Assembly: GCA_025055215.1 (NCBI GenBank)
Contig: JANWYO010000143.1
Location: forward strand, 827-64,826
Direction of reading: 5' to 3'
DNA from: Gemmataceae bacterium
GTDB lineage: Bacteria; Planctomycetota; Planctomycetia; Gemmatales; Gemmataceae
DNA length: 64,000 nt
Position numbers and translations under genes: made by a program. Below the pieces are notes generated by a model. It was not told where the DNA came from. It was given only the letters and a program-made list of their open reading frames with translations, and made no database searches. How positions within the stretch are numbered: the stretch's first letter is position 1; every line of letters starts with the position of its first letter. Shown in pieces: positions 43,788 to 53,193 of the stretch.

Positions 43788-43808
43788 AGCCGGTCGGCTT
43801 CAGGGCGG
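43779..43808 (+). terminator. Perfect 13-bp hairpin spanning the stop codon (CCGCCCTGAAGCC-GGTC-GGCTTCAGGGCGG)
   Basis: Seen directly. The TGA stop at 43785 lies in the 5' arm. No U-tract. Confidence 0.4.
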
Positions 43809-44071
43809 ACCGCCGAGCGGGGCTGCGTCAGCGCCGCCGAACAGCGGGCGGGGCCGCGTCAATGCCCAGAGTCATCCCTGCGTGACCAACCCTCATCGGA
43901 CGCCACCCGGCCCCGCTTCTCATGCTTGCACCGCCCCGCTTGCAATGCCTGCTCCACCCTGCTCGCCGTGCGCCAGCGCCGCCGCTCGCCAACTTGTCGG
44001 CCCGTCGATGCCATTGACAATGGCCCCGAGCACCCGGATGATGCACTCCACCGACTTCAAGGAATCATCGC

Positions 44072-45049
44072 ATGGTGCCGCGTCAGCTCCGCGTTCCCAT
44101 CATCCTGTCGATCCTGGCGGCGCTGGTCACCATCGGCCTGAAATACACAGCATACCTGCTGACCAACTCGGTCGGCCTGCTGGCGGACGCCGTGGAATCG
44201 GTGGTCAACCTCCTGGCCGCGGTAACGGCGTTTTTGTCGCTGGTCTACTCGGCGATGCCGGCCGATCGGACGCACACCTACGGTCACGAGAAAATCGAAT
44301 TTTTCTCCAGCGGCCTGGAGGGAATTCTGATCCTGGTGGCCGGCGGCGGCATTGCCTGGTTGGCTGTGAAACGGCTGATCGTACCGGAGCCATTGCAGCC
44401 TTTGGACGTCGGTCTGCTGGTGGCAACCGTGGCCTCGGGCATCAACCTGGTCGTGGCCCGCTTTTTGCTCCGCGTCGGCAGGAAATATCGGTCGATCGTC
44501 TTGGAAGCCGACGGCCAGCATCTGATGACCGACGTCTGGACGTCGGTCGGTGTGCTGGTGGGAGTGGGGCTGGTGCGGTTAACCGGCTGGCAGTTTCTTG
44601 ATCCGCTCGTGGCCTTGGCAGTGGCGGCGAACATTGGCTGGACGGCGTGGGACTTGCTGACGCGCTCTTTTCACGGTCTGATGGACCATGCCTTGCCGCC
44701 GGAGGACCAGGCCAAGGTGCGGGCGGCCATAGCCAGCTGTCTTGAACCGGGCATGGACTTTCACGCCGTGCGCACCCGCCTGGCCGGCGCCCGGCGCTTC
44801 GTCGATTTCCACCTGCTGGTGCCCGGCCATTACACCGTGCGGCGGGCTCATGCCTTGGCCAGCCGCATCGAAGCCGCCGTCGAAAAGGCCCTGCCAGACA
44901 TCGAAGTGACCATCCACATGGAGCCGATCGAGGAGGCGGCATCGTGGGACGACAGCGCCCTGCTGGCGTTGGAGCGGGAGGATCGCCGCTTGGAACAGGA
45001 GGAACAACGCCGGCAAAGGGCGCAACAGCCATCGGACGGGTCTGGCTGA
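44072..45049 (+). CDS. Cation diffusion facilitator (CDF) transporter
   Basis: [22 protein letters not shown] and HLMTDVWTS motifs. Cytoplasmic C-terminal domain plus a charged tail. Confidence 0.85.
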   Translation: MVPRQLRVPIILSILAALVTIGLKYTAYLLTNSVGLLADAVESVVNLLAAVTAFLSLVYSAMPADRTHTYGHEKIEFFSSGLEGILILVAGGGIAWLAVKRLIVPEPLQPLDVGLLVATVASGINLVVARFLLRVGRKYRSIVLEADGQHLMTDVWTSVGVLVGVGLVRLTGWQFLDPLVALAVAANIGWTAWDLLTRSFHGLMDHALPPEDQAKVRAAIASCLEPGMDFHAVRTRLAGARRFVDFHLLVPGHYTVRRAHALASRIEAAVEKALPDIEVTIHMEPIEEAASWDDSALLALEREDRRLEQEEQRRQRAQQPSDGSG

Positions 45050-45114
45050 GGAGAAGCCGGCACGGCGGTGAATCCGCCCTCGTCCCCGGAGAGTCTGAGG
45101 CAAGGAGCACACTG

Positions 45115-46299
45115 ATGTACAGCCGCTTGAAAGAGCACCTGGCGCAGCAGTTGGCCGAGATCGAGCGGGCCGGCACCTTCAAGCGTGAGCGTGTCCTGAC
45201 GTCGCCGCAACGGGCCCGCGTGGGCGTGCTGGGTCGGCCGGAGGTACTCAACCTTTGTGCCAACAACTACCTGGGCCTGGCCAACCATCCTGAAGTTGTG
45301 GCCGCGGCGCACGCCGCCCTGGACCAATGGGGCTACGGCCTGGCCTCAGTCCGCTTCATCTGCGGCACGCAACAGCCGCACACGCTGCTCGAACGCAAGC
45401 TGGCCGAATTTCTGGGCACCGACGACGCCATCCTTTACTCTTCCTGTTTCGACGCCAATGGCGGCTTGTTCGAGACCCTCCTGGGACCAGAGGATGCCAT
45501 CTTCTCCGACGAGCTGAACCACGCGTCGATCATCGACGGCATCCGGCTGTGCAAAGCTCAGCGCTACCGCTATCGGAACAGCGACCTGGCCGACCTGGAG
45601 GCACAACTGCGCGCGGCCCAAGGGGCACGCTTCCGCCTCATCGCCACGGACGGCGTCTTCTCCATGGACGGGACGATTGCCCGGCTAGCGGAGATTTGTG
45701 AGTTGGCCGACCGCTACGACGCCCTGGTGATGGTCGACGATTCGCACGGCGTCGGCGTCCTCGGCCGGCAGGGCCGGGGCACCCACGAACACTGCGGTGT
45801 CCTGGGACGGATCGACATCCTCACCGGCACGCTCGGCAAGGCGCTGGGCGGGGCCAGCGGTGGCTATACCGCTGCCCGCGCCGAGATCGTCCACATCCTC
45901 CGGCAGCGCTCGCGCCCTTACCTCTTCTCCAATTCTGTGGCCCCGATGATCGTCGGCGGCTCCCTTAAGGCCCTGGAATTGCTCAGCACCTCCACCGAAC
46001 TGCGCGACCGCTTGGCCGACAATACCCGTTTCTTCCGCCACGGCATGGCGGAGCGCGGCTTCCACGTCCTGCCGGGCGAACATCCGATCGTGCCGATCAT
46101 GCTCGGCGACGCCGCCCTGGCTGGCCGCATGGCCGACCGCCTCCTTGACCGCGGCGTTTACGTCATCGGTTTCTCCTACCCCGTGGTGCCGCAGGGTAAG
46201 GCGCGGATTCGCGTCCAGGTGTCGGCCGCCCATTCTCGGGACGACTTGGTCTTCGCCTTGGACGCCTTCGCCGCCGTTAAGGCCGAGTTGGGTCTGTGA
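45115..46299 (+). CDS. kbl: Glycine C-acetyltransferase (2-amino-3-ketobutyrate CoA ligase)
   Basis: [37 protein letters not shown] and TLGKALGG (PLP lysine) motifs, 394 aa. Confidence 0.9.
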   Translation: MYSRLKEHLAQQLAEIERAGTFKRERVLTSPQRARVGVLGRPEVLNLCANNYLGLANHPEVVAAAHAALDQWGYGLASVRFICGTQQPHTLLERKLAEFLGTDDAILYSSCFDANGGLFETLLGPEDAIFSDELNHASIIDGIRLCKAQRYRYRNSDLADLEAQLRAAQGARFRLIATDGVFSMDGTIARLAEICELADRYDALVMVDDSHGVGVLGRQGRGTHEHCGVLGRIDILTGTLGKALGGASGGYTAARAEIVHILRQRSRPYLFSNSVAPMIVGGSLKALELLSTSTELRDRLADNTRFFRHGMAERGFHVLPGEHPIVPIMLGDAALAGRMADRLLDRGVYVIGFSYPVVPQGKARIRVQVSAAHSRDDLVFALDAFAAVKAELGL

Positions 46300-46330
46300 G
46301 GCCGCCCAGCCTGGCGGCCGGCCGGATGCG

Positions 46331-49300
46331 TCATTTTCCTGCCGGCAGCGGCACCTGCGTGCGGTGCATCAGGTAGGCGAAGAGGTCGCGGACCTGCTCC
46401 GGGGTGAACGGTTGCAGCAGCTGTTCCGGCATCAGCGATTGTTCAGAGGGGATCAATGCCTCGATGTCGTCCCGCCGCAGCACCACGACCTCTTTCTCCA
46501 GCTGGAGCGTCACCGTCTGCGGCGTCTGGGCCTTGATGATGCCATTCAGCACCCGGCCATCGACGAGGACAGCCTGTGTCAGGCGGAAGTCAGCGCTGAC
46601 GTTGGCCGCCGGGTCAACGATGTTTTCCAGCAAGTAGTCGAGGTTGTCGCGGTGGGCGCCGGTCAAGTCGGGGCCGATGTCGCCGCCGTGCCCGTACAGC
46701 TTGTGGCAGTTGCCGCAGGCCTGTTGGAACACGGCCCGACCGCGGCTGAGGTCGGCCCGGGCGAGGACCTCGGGCGCCAGCGCCGCTTTCAGCCGTGCCA
46801 TCGCCTCCTTTTTCTCGGCTGGCGACTCGCGCAGCTTGCCCCAGACCGCTTCCAATTGCTCTGCCAGTTTCGCGTCGCGGAAGCTGAGGATCTGCCGGGC
46901 GTGGCCTGCGGTCAGGTCGCTGCGCGGGATTCGACCCGCGGCCACCTGCGCCAGCAAGGCCCGGGCAAACGCCGGCCGAGACACCAGCGCGTCCATGACC
47001 GCCGATCGTTCGGACGGATGGAACGCCGTATAGTTCCGTGCCAATTGTTCGCCGATGGCGGGGTCGTCGAACCGGGTCAGACCGCGGACCGCCGTGGTGT
47101 TCAGAAAGCGCACCTTCAGCAGCTGCTCGCAGACGCTCCGCAGATTGGGGGCTTGGCTGTCGATGAGCGTCTGCAAGGCGGCGCGGCGCGTCTCCAAGTC
47201 GGCACGTTCGTCGAGGGCGAGGCGCTGCACCTCTTCGAGTGCCCGGCCGTCGCCGAACACGACGTTCAACTCCCGCAGACGCTGCCGCATGGTGGCATCG
47301 CCGGCCTCGGCCCAGGCGGCGGCGAAGGCCTCCCAGGCCTCCGGCTTCGGGGCCTTTCGCCAGCCGCGCAGGCCCGCCGCCAGCCCCGCCAGCAGATCAG
47401 CCGCAAATGCCGCCTCGGTCCGGGCACGTGGCAGCCGCAGCAGATCGTTGAGGGAGCCGGGGCGCTTATCGATCTCCTCCGCCAACCGGCGCACCATCAG
47501 GCGACGGGTCGTCGGCACCGCGCACCCCCCAACCAGCCCGGCCAGGGCCGACGGGTCGGCGTCGGCCAGGGGAATCAGCCCATACCAGAGCATCAACGGA
47601 ATGTCGTGGTCGCCGGCATCCTCGGCCCGGGCCAACAGCGGTGCCGCGAGCATGGGCCGCTGCCCCACTGGCAGCCGCTGAAGTGTCGAAGCCAGCACCA
47701 AGCGCACCAGTCCGGAGGGGTCTTCCCGTGCCAGGCGCATCAATTCTCCCAGGATCGAGTCCGCCAAGGGCTGATCGGGGCCGAAACGCTGGCCGGAAAT
47801 GCCGTCCAGGCGGAGGTGGTCGGTCAGGAGGCGGATGGCCCAGGCTCGGACGGCCTCATGCGGGTCGCGAAGTCGATCGACCAGCAGCTGGTCGTCAGCG
47901 GCGCCGATGACGGACAAGGCCCATAAGGCCCTCAAGCGGAGTACCGCCTCGGTTTCGCGGGCGAGCATCGCCAGGAGGTCGGCCCGGGCATCGTCAAGGT
48001 CCCTGCCGGCAGCGAAGCGGTCGGCCAGTTCCTGCCGGGCTTGGCGGACGAACCACTCATTGGCGTGTCGTTGGAGGCGAACCAGCTCGCGGTTGGAAAG
48101 CCGGGCCAGGTCGGTCAGCGGCACAGCCGCGGCCCGACCATGTGTGACTTTGTAAATCCGACCCGACGTGCGGTGGACGCCGGTCGCTTGGTGGCATTCG
48201 CCGGTGTCGGCCCAATCGAGGATAAAGACGCCGCCATCGGGGCCGTAGCTCAGGTCGATGCCGCGGAACCACGGATCAGCGGCGAAAAAAATGTCGGGCT
48301 CATGTCGGCCGACGTAACCGCCGCCAACCCGCTCCAGTCGCTCGACGTTGACCCGTCGGCCGTGGAAGTTCAACGTCAGCAATTTGCCGTGGTAGTCCTT
48401 GGGCCATTGGTCGGCGAGGTAGATCATCAGGCCGCTGTGGGCGTGCCCACCCCCGCGGCGGTCGTGTTCCCCGACCGGCTGCCGCGAATCCATCCAGCTC
48501 TTGGAAGTGTCCCAGTGGTAGTGGTCGGCATGTTGGTCGATCAGTTCGTAGGTGTGTGGGTTCGGGTCGATGGTGTGGGGCCGCTGGTAGTGGGCGCCGG
48601 CGATGACATGCCACAGGTGGCCGTTGACCGTGTTGATGAAAAACAGTTCGCCGAGGGCGTTCCAGTCGTGGCCCCAGGGATTGGTGGTGCCATGGCAGAG
48701 TGCTTCGAAGGTCCGGCGGATGGGATGGTAGCGCCAGACGCCGCCGTGCAGCGGCACCCGCTGCTCGGCGGGAGTGCCCGGCCGACCGACGCGACCGGGG
48801 GCCGAGGCGCCGCAGCGGCCGTACAGCCAGCCATCCGGCCCCCAGCGGAGGCCGTTGGCCAAATTATGGTAGTTGACCGCGGGCACCGTAAAGCCGTCGA
48901 GTACCGCCTGGGGGGTTCCCGTGGGCCGATCGCCATCGCTGGGGACGAACAGCAGCTGCGGCGGGCACAGCAACCAGACGCCGCCGTGGCCGACCTCCAG
49001 GCCGGTCAGCATCTGCCATTCGTCGCTGAAGACCTGCCGAGTGGTGAACGATGAGTGGCCATTGGCCCCATCAAAGATGACCACCCGGTCGTGCAGTCGG
49101 AGGTCGAATCGGCGGGCCCGCTCGGCGTAGGTGTGGTTTTCCGCCACCCAGAGCCGGCCGCGTCGGTCCCAGGCCAGGGCGATGGGCTGGCGCACGTCCG
49201 GTTCCGCGGCGAAGACGGTGACGCGAAAGCCCGGCGGGGCCTGGAAGCGGGCGGCGGCTTCGGCCGCCGACAGCGGCGGCTCCTCCTTCACGGTGTTGTA

Positions 49301-49393
49301 AATCGGCGTCGGCTCCTCGCTCCGCACCCAACAAGCAAACACCGCGGCTAATCCAACCACTCCCAGCGCCGCCAGCCGACCCGGTCGCTCCAT
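46331..49393 (-). CDS. PVC-type heme-binding CxxCH protein (membrane-bound dehydrogenase-like N-domain, HEAT repeats, C-terminal cytochrome c)
   Basis: Start trimmed to ATG 49393 (MERPGRLAALGVVGLAAVFA). FQAPPGFRVTVFAAEPDVRQPIALAWDRRGRLWVAE. C-terminal CGNCHKLYGHGGDIGPDLTG. Confidence 0.8.
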   Translation of the reverse strand: MERPGRLAALGVVGLAAVFACWVRSEEPTPIYNTVKEEPPLSAAEAAARFQAPPGFRVTVFAAEPDVRQPIALAWDRRGRLWVAENHTYAERARRFDLRLHDRVVIFDGANGHSSFTTRQVFSDEWQMLTGLEVGHGGVWLLCPPQLLFVPSDGDRPTGTPQAVLDGFTVPAVNYHNLANGLRWGPDGWLYGRCGASAPGRVGRPGTPAEQRVPLHGGVWRYHPIRRTFEALCHGTTNPWGHDWNALGELFFINTVNGHLWHVIAGAHYQRPHTIDPNPHTYELIDQHADHYHWDTSKSWMDSRQPVGEHDRRGGGHAHSGLMIYLADQWPKDYHGKLLTLNFHGRRVNVERLERVGGGYVGRHEPDIFFAADPWFRGIDLSYGPDGGVFILDWADTGECHQATGVHRTSGRIYKVTHGRAAAVPLTDLARLSNRELVRLQRHANEWFVRQARQELADRFAAGRDLDDARADLLAMLARETEAVLRLRALWALSVIGAADDQLLVDRLRDPHEAVRAWAIRLLTDHLRLDGISGQRFGPDQPLADSILGELMRLAREDPSGLVRLVLASTLQRLPVGQRPMLAAPLLARAEDAGDHDIPLMLWYGLIPLADADPSALAGLVGGCAVPTTRRLMVRRLAEEIDKRPGSLNDLLRLPRARTEAAFAADLLAGLAAGLRGWRKAPKPEAWEAFAAAWAEAGDATMRQRLRELNVVFGDGRALEEVQRLALDERADLETRRAALQTLIDSQAPNLRSVCEQLLKVRFLNTTAVRGLTRFDDPAIGEQLARNYTAFHPSERSAVMDALVSRPAFARALLAQVAAGRIPRSDLTAGHARQILSFRDAKLAEQLEAVWGKLRESPAEKKEAMARLKAALAPEVLARADLSRGRAVFQQACGNCHKLYGHGGDIGPDLTGAHRDNLDYLLENIVDPAANVSADFRLTQAVLVDGRVLNGIIKAQTPQTVTLQLEKEVVVLRRDDIEALIPSEQSLMPEQLLQPFTPEQVRDLFAYLMHRTQVPLPAGK

Positions 49394-49434
49394 GCTTCTT
49401 CCCCATCGCGCTTCAGAGACAGGCTTGGGGCGGC

Positions 49435-51099
49435 TCACCGCCGCCAAGCTCGCGTGACCCGCCCTTCCGAAGTCTCGTACTGCCACACCTCGCGTCCTTG
49501 CCGGTCGAGTTCGATTGCCCGCCGCTGCGACAGCGAAGTCACCAGCGTGTGCCCGTTGGGCAAGCGAACCGCCGCCACCGGCTGCTCGACTGTCAACTCG
49601 GCCACCATCTTGCCCGTCAAATCGTATTCCCTCACCTTGTTCGCCGTCAGCAGTGGCACCAGGATCGTCCCCTCCGGCGTGACGTCGAACCGCCCGCCTG
49701 AGGTGCGCACCTCCACCTCGAAGCTGGCTCGCTCGCGGCCCGTGGCGTCCAGATGGTACACCTTCCGGCCGGAAGTGGCCAGCACCACGGTGCCGTCGGC
49801 GAGCTTCTGCGCCTTCATGATCCGCTCGCCGTCGGGCTGGTTGTACTGGAAAACGACCTTTCCTTTGGCATCCAGCTCCAAGAGTTCCAGCGGCGTGGCG
49901 ATGAATGTGTTCCCGTTCGGCAGCCGCTGGGCCACCAGCGGTTCGTTGACCTGCCTTTCCCAGAGGATGTCGCCGCGACGGTTCCGCTCTGTCACGCGGT
50001 TGGCGTGATGCTCGGCCACCAGGAAGCGCTCGCCCGGAAGGATTTGGACATCGAGAGGGAATTCCAGACCAACCATTTGCCAGCGGGCTTGATTGTCCGG
50101 GCCGAGTTCCCGGAGGATCCCCTGGTCCAAGAGGACAACCAAGGTGTAACCGCGGTAAGTCGGCAGCTGGGCCAGGCGGGTGAAGTCGGCGGCCGCGCCG
50201 TGGTCGCGCCACCAAGCGGCCCAGGCATCGCGGCAACGCCCGTGGCTGTCGGGAGTCGCCCCCAGTGACACCGCCGGAGCACGTTCCCCGGCCAATCGTC
50301 GGAGAAGGTCGTCAACCAGGACGGCCTGGGAGCGGGGGAGCTGCGTGAGCAGGTCGATGAGGACGGGGACCGCTTCCCGTTGCCCAGCGGCAGCGAGCAC
50401 CGTGGCAGTGCGCCAGCGAACCTGCGCATCGGGGTCCCGGAGCAAGGGACGCAGCAACGGCAGGTGGTCGGCGGCGGCCGCCTGCCCCAAGGCCTCGGCG
50501 GCGGCCGCCCGCCGGACCGGGTGCGCGTCGGCCAAGGCGCGACGCAACGACGCGGCACTGGCCTGATCAGCGGCAGCCAGCCGCGCTAGGGCGGCCCGCA
50601 CTTCGTCTGCCAGGGTCTCGCTTTCGGCAGACGGCAGGTAAGCGAGCAGGGCTTCAGCGCTGCCGGCCGGCCGCAGCCGCGCCACCTGCCGCACCACCGC
50701 TGCCATCACCGTGCCGGGTGGACCTCCTTGCGCGATCCGCTCCAGACACGCCCGTGCCCGCCGCGCGACTTCGGGGTCGCTCGCCTCCGCAGCCTCTTGC
50801 AGGAACGGAAGCGCCGTTGACCCGTAAGCCACCAAGGCCGCCGACGCACGCTCCCGCACCGCGAAGGAGTCGTCGCCCAGCTGCCCGATCAGCCGCCGAA
50901 TCCGCTCCCGGGCCGGTCCGTCGAGGGTCCGTTCCTGGATTAGCTGCAACAGGCGCGGCCCATCGACACGGATCCCTTGGGCTGCCAGGAGCTGCACGTC
51001 CCACGCTGCCTGCTCCTCTTCAACCGAGCCAGCCCGGGTAATGGCCAGAGGGCCGAGACCGGCCGTCAGCAGCAGGGCGAATGACACAATTCGACCCAT
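49435..51099 (-). CDS. Secreted HEAT-repeat plus PQQ-like beta-propeller protein
   Basis: AGGAGTGG SD. Signal peptide MGRIVSFALLLTAGLGPLAITRA. LIGQLGDDSFAVRERA module. C-terminal propeller repeats (LPNGNTFIAT, LADGTVVLATS, LPNGHTLVTS). Confidence 0.7.
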   Translation of the reverse strand: MGRIVSFALLLTAGLGPLAITRAGSVEEEQAAWDVQLLAAQGIRVDGPRLLQLIQERTLDGPARERIRRLIGQLGDDSFAVRERASAALVAYGSTALPFLQEAAEASDPEVARRARACLERIAQGGPPGTVMAAVVRQVARLRPAGSAEALLAYLPSAESETLADEVRAALARLAAADQASAASLRRALADAHPVRRAAAAEALGQAAAADHLPLLRPLLRDPDAQVRWRTATVLAAAGQREAVPVLIDLLTQLPRSQAVLVDDLLRRLAGERAPAVSLGATPDSHGRCRDAWAAWWRDHGAAADFTRLAQLPTYRGYTLVVLLDQGILRELGPDNQARWQMVGLEFPLDVQILPGERFLVAEHHANRVTERNRRGDILWERQVNEPLVAQRLPNGNTFIATPLELLELDAKGKVVFQYNQPDGERIMKAQKLADGTVVLATSGRKVYHLDATGRERASFEVEVRTSGGRFDVTPEGTILVPLLTANKVREYDLTGKMVAELTVEQPVAAVRLPNGHTLVTSLSQRRAIELDRQGREVWQYETSEGRVTRAWRR

Positions 51100-51220
51100 C
51101 GTTCCACTCCTGGCTAGGACAAGATCCGTGGTTCCCCCTCACTTTAGTAGACGACCCGGGGTTTCTCCAGTTTTTTACCCCCTGGAGGTGCCGTCGAGGG
51201 ATGCACCTAGTTGGCGCGGC

Positions 51221-51441
51221 GTTCAGTGGTTCAGACGGCGGTTTTTCCCCACCTCACTACTCATTCCTCGTAGCGCGCCCATGATTCATCCGTTGGCGTT
51301 CGCGCGGCATGTAGCGAGCGCCAAGCGATCGAATCGTGAACGCTAGCTACATGCCCAGCACCCGGCTCCCATCCTCGCGCGAGCGCGAACCGATCGGTCG
51401 CTCTCCGCCGCTGCACCCTCGCCCTGCCCAAATCCAGAGGG
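51221..51441 (+). repeat. Intergenic repeat family, copy 5 (reference copy)
   Basis: GTTCAGTGG..GGCGGTTTTTCCCCACC..ATGATTCATCCGTTGGCGTTCGCGCG, GCATGTAGC/GCTACATGC hairpin, CCCAGCACCCGGCTCCCATCCTCGCGCGAGCGCGAACCGATCGGTCGCTCTCCGCCGCTGCACCCTCGCCCTGCCCAAATCCAGAGGG. Confidence 0.7.
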
Positions 51442-51527
51442 ACGCCTCTGCCGGGCTTTGCCTTGTGGCAGCGAAGCCCCTCTTCTATACTGGCAAGCGA
51501 ATGTCGAACCGAAGGACGTCAAGAGCG

Positions 51528-52430
51528 ATGGAGACTGCCGCGAACCTGACGGCCGAGCAACGGGCGAAGCGTGATCACCTGTTGGAGGTGTTGCGCTCGT
51601 ATGGCAGCGCGGCGGTGGCTTTCAGCGGCGGCATCGACAGCACGGTGGTAGCGCAGGCGGCCTTCCTGGCTTTGGGCGAGCGGGCCGTGGCCGTCACGGC
51701 CGACAGCCCGAGCGTGGCCCGCGCCGAGTTGGACGAGGCCCGGCAGCTGGCCCGGCGGATCGGCATTCGCCATCGGGTGATCATCACCGCCGAGTTCGGC
51801 AATCCCGATTACGTCCGCAACGACGGCCGGCGATGCTATTTCTGCAAGAGCGAACTTTATCAGCGCCTGGAGGCCCTGCTGCCGGAGTTGGGCGTGGCGG
51901 TGATGTGCAGCGGGGCGAACCTGGACGATTTGGGTGATTATCGGCCGGGGCTATGGGCGGCGGCCGAGCATCGTGTGCGCCATCCGCTGCAGGAGGCTGG
52001 CTGCACGAAGGCGGACGTGCGGGCGCTGGCCCGGTCGTGGGGCCTGCCGAACTGGGACAAGCCGGCGTCGCCGTGCCTGTCGAGCCGAATCGCGCCCGGG
52101 GTGGCGGCGACGCCGGAGCGGGTGGCGCGGGTGGAGGCGGCCGAGGCCTTGCTCAAGTCCCTGGGTTATCGCGAGTGCCGGGTGCGCGTCCACGAGGGGG
52201 AGCTGGCCCGGATCGAAGTCCCGCCGACGGAGGTGGCCCGGCTGGCCGACCCCGCGGTGTCTGCCGTGGTCATCGGGCGTTTTCGGGAGTTGGGGTTCCG
52301 CTTCGTGACGCTCGACCTCGAGGGATTTCGCTCCGGCAGCCTGAACGTGTTGGTGCAACTGACAACGCCGACGCTCGACGGTCTGGGTTTTCGCAGGGAG
52401 GGTGTCGGCTCGGGAGCCTCGAAGCCATGA
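51528..52430 (+). CDS. larE: LarE-family ATP-dependent sulfur transferase (PP-loop ATP pyrophosphatase)
   Basis: PP-loop AFSGGIDST. Cys triad RRCYFCK...PASPCLSSRI. ATG 51528 (GAAGGA upstream) fits the predicted TATACT -10 at 51486. ATG 51501 is an alternative. Confidence 0.75.
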   Translation: METAANLTAEQRAKRDHLLEVLRSYGSAAVAFSGGIDSTVVAQAAFLALGERAVAVTADSPSVARAELDEARQLARRIGIRHRVIITAEFGNPDYVRNDGRRCYFCKSELYQRLEALLPELGVAVMCSGANLDDLGDYRPGLWAAAEHRVRHPLQEAGCTKADVRALARSWGLPNWDKPASPCLSSRIAPGVAATPERVARVEAAEALLKSLGYRECRVRVHEGELARIEVPPTEVARLADPAVSAVVIGRFRELGFRFVTLDLEGFRSGSLNVLVQLTTPTLDGLGFRREGVGSGASKP

Positions 52431-52684
52431 CGCCTCTGAGCGCCTCGCAAGCGTTGGACCTGTACTTCCTAGAAGCGCGGTGCAAGCTGCTCGACTTGGC
52501 CGCCATCCTCGACCGCATTGGCCGCGGCGCCGGGGCAGCGGCAGTGAAAAACGACCCTCGCCTGGAGCAGATTCGCCAGGCGTTGGACGTTTTGCGTGAT
52601 CAAAGCGGCGGCCGGGCGGAGCGCATCCAGCACATTTTCTCGTTGGAGTACGATCCGTCGTGGCCACGGCCGACGCCGCGGTGA
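52427..52684 (+). CDS. Small hypothetical protein (85 aa) translationally coupled to larE
   Basis: ATGA start/stop overlap at 52427-52430. Helical-looking sequence MTPLSASQALDLYFLEARCKLLDLAAILDRI. The rest of ORF 51953..52684 is off-frame shadow over larE. Confidence 0.5.
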   Translation: MTPLSASQALDLYFLEARCKLLDLAAILDRIGRGAGAAAVKNDPRLEQIRQALDVLRDQSGGRAERIQHIFSLEYDPSWPRPTPR

Positions 52685-52685
52685 G

Positions 52686-52715
52686 CAGGTCCGCCGCCTC
52701 TAGGCGGCGGACCTG
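52686..52715 (+). terminator. Perfect 13-bp hairpin immediately after the stop (CAGGTCCGCCGCC-TCTA-GGCGGCGGACCTG)
   Basis: Seen directly. No U-tract. Confidence 0.4.
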
Positions 52716-52742
52716 CCCGACGAGATGTCCGAGGTGCACTCA

Positions 52743-53111
52743 ATGGCGGCGACGCCCCAACCCGATTCCCCGGCAGCAACCCAGGAGCTGCGGACGCGAC
52801 TTCGCGAGGTCGCCGAGTTGATGAGTCGCTCCGCTTCGCTCGATGCCGAGTCGCAAAAGGCCCTCCGAGAGTTACTCGACGAACTGACTCAGGCCTTGGA
52901 CGCGGCCCACGTGCCGGCGGAAGAGCTGCACCACTTGGCCGAGTCTACCGCGCATCTGGCCGAAGCGCTGCACCAGCAGCAGGATCGCGGCGTGCTTGGC
53001 AAGGCCCGCCAGCGCTTGGAATGGGCCGTGGCCAACGCGGAGCAACACGCGCCGTTGGCCGTTGGCTTGGCCCGGCGCCTCCTCGATGCCTTGGCCAACA
53101 TCGGCATCTGA
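52743..53111 (+). CDS. DUF4404-like small helical protein
   Basis: Repeated helical segments and a C-terminal LLDALANIGI. ATG 52743 follows GAGGTG. ATG 52725 is possible. Confidence 0.5.
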   Translation: MAATPQPDSPAATQELRTRLREVAELMSRSASLDAESQKALRELLDELTQALDAAHVPAEELHHLAESTAHLAEALHQQQDRGVLGKARQRLEWAVANAEQHAPLAVGLARRLLDALANIGI

Positions 53112-53158
53112 TTTTGTGGCCGGCTCGCGGCGGCTCGGCACCCATTCCACCCCGGCAG

Positions 53159-53186
53159 CCGACAACCTTCGAAGGCGCCGTATAAT
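53159..53186 (+). promoter_or_regulatory. Promoter of RNase P RNA: CCGACA-N16-TATAAT
   Basis: Perfect TATAAT at 53181-53186, 7 nt before the first base of the extended P1 helix. Confidence 0.55.
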
Positions 53187-53193
53187 TAATGAT

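Noticed and set aside
49394-50236. N-terminal 281 codons of the 1301-aa ORF 46331..50236
   Set aside because: This part overlaps the well-supported HEAT/propeller gene in another frame and reads as Arg/Gly/Pro nonsense. A signal-peptide-bearing start (MERPGRLAALGVVGLAAVFA) with an SD-like purine run lies at 49393.
51386-51415. Reading GCGAACC...N16-17 inside the repeats as an ECF-sigma promoter (GAAC -35)
   Set aside because: No conserved CGT-type -10 at a fixed distance across copies. The downstream sequence varies (GCCGCT, CTCCTT, CGCGGC).
51953-52426. First 158 codons of ORF 51953..52684
   Set aside because: Off-frame shadow over larE. Only the segment starting at the ATGA junction (52427) looks like a real protein.
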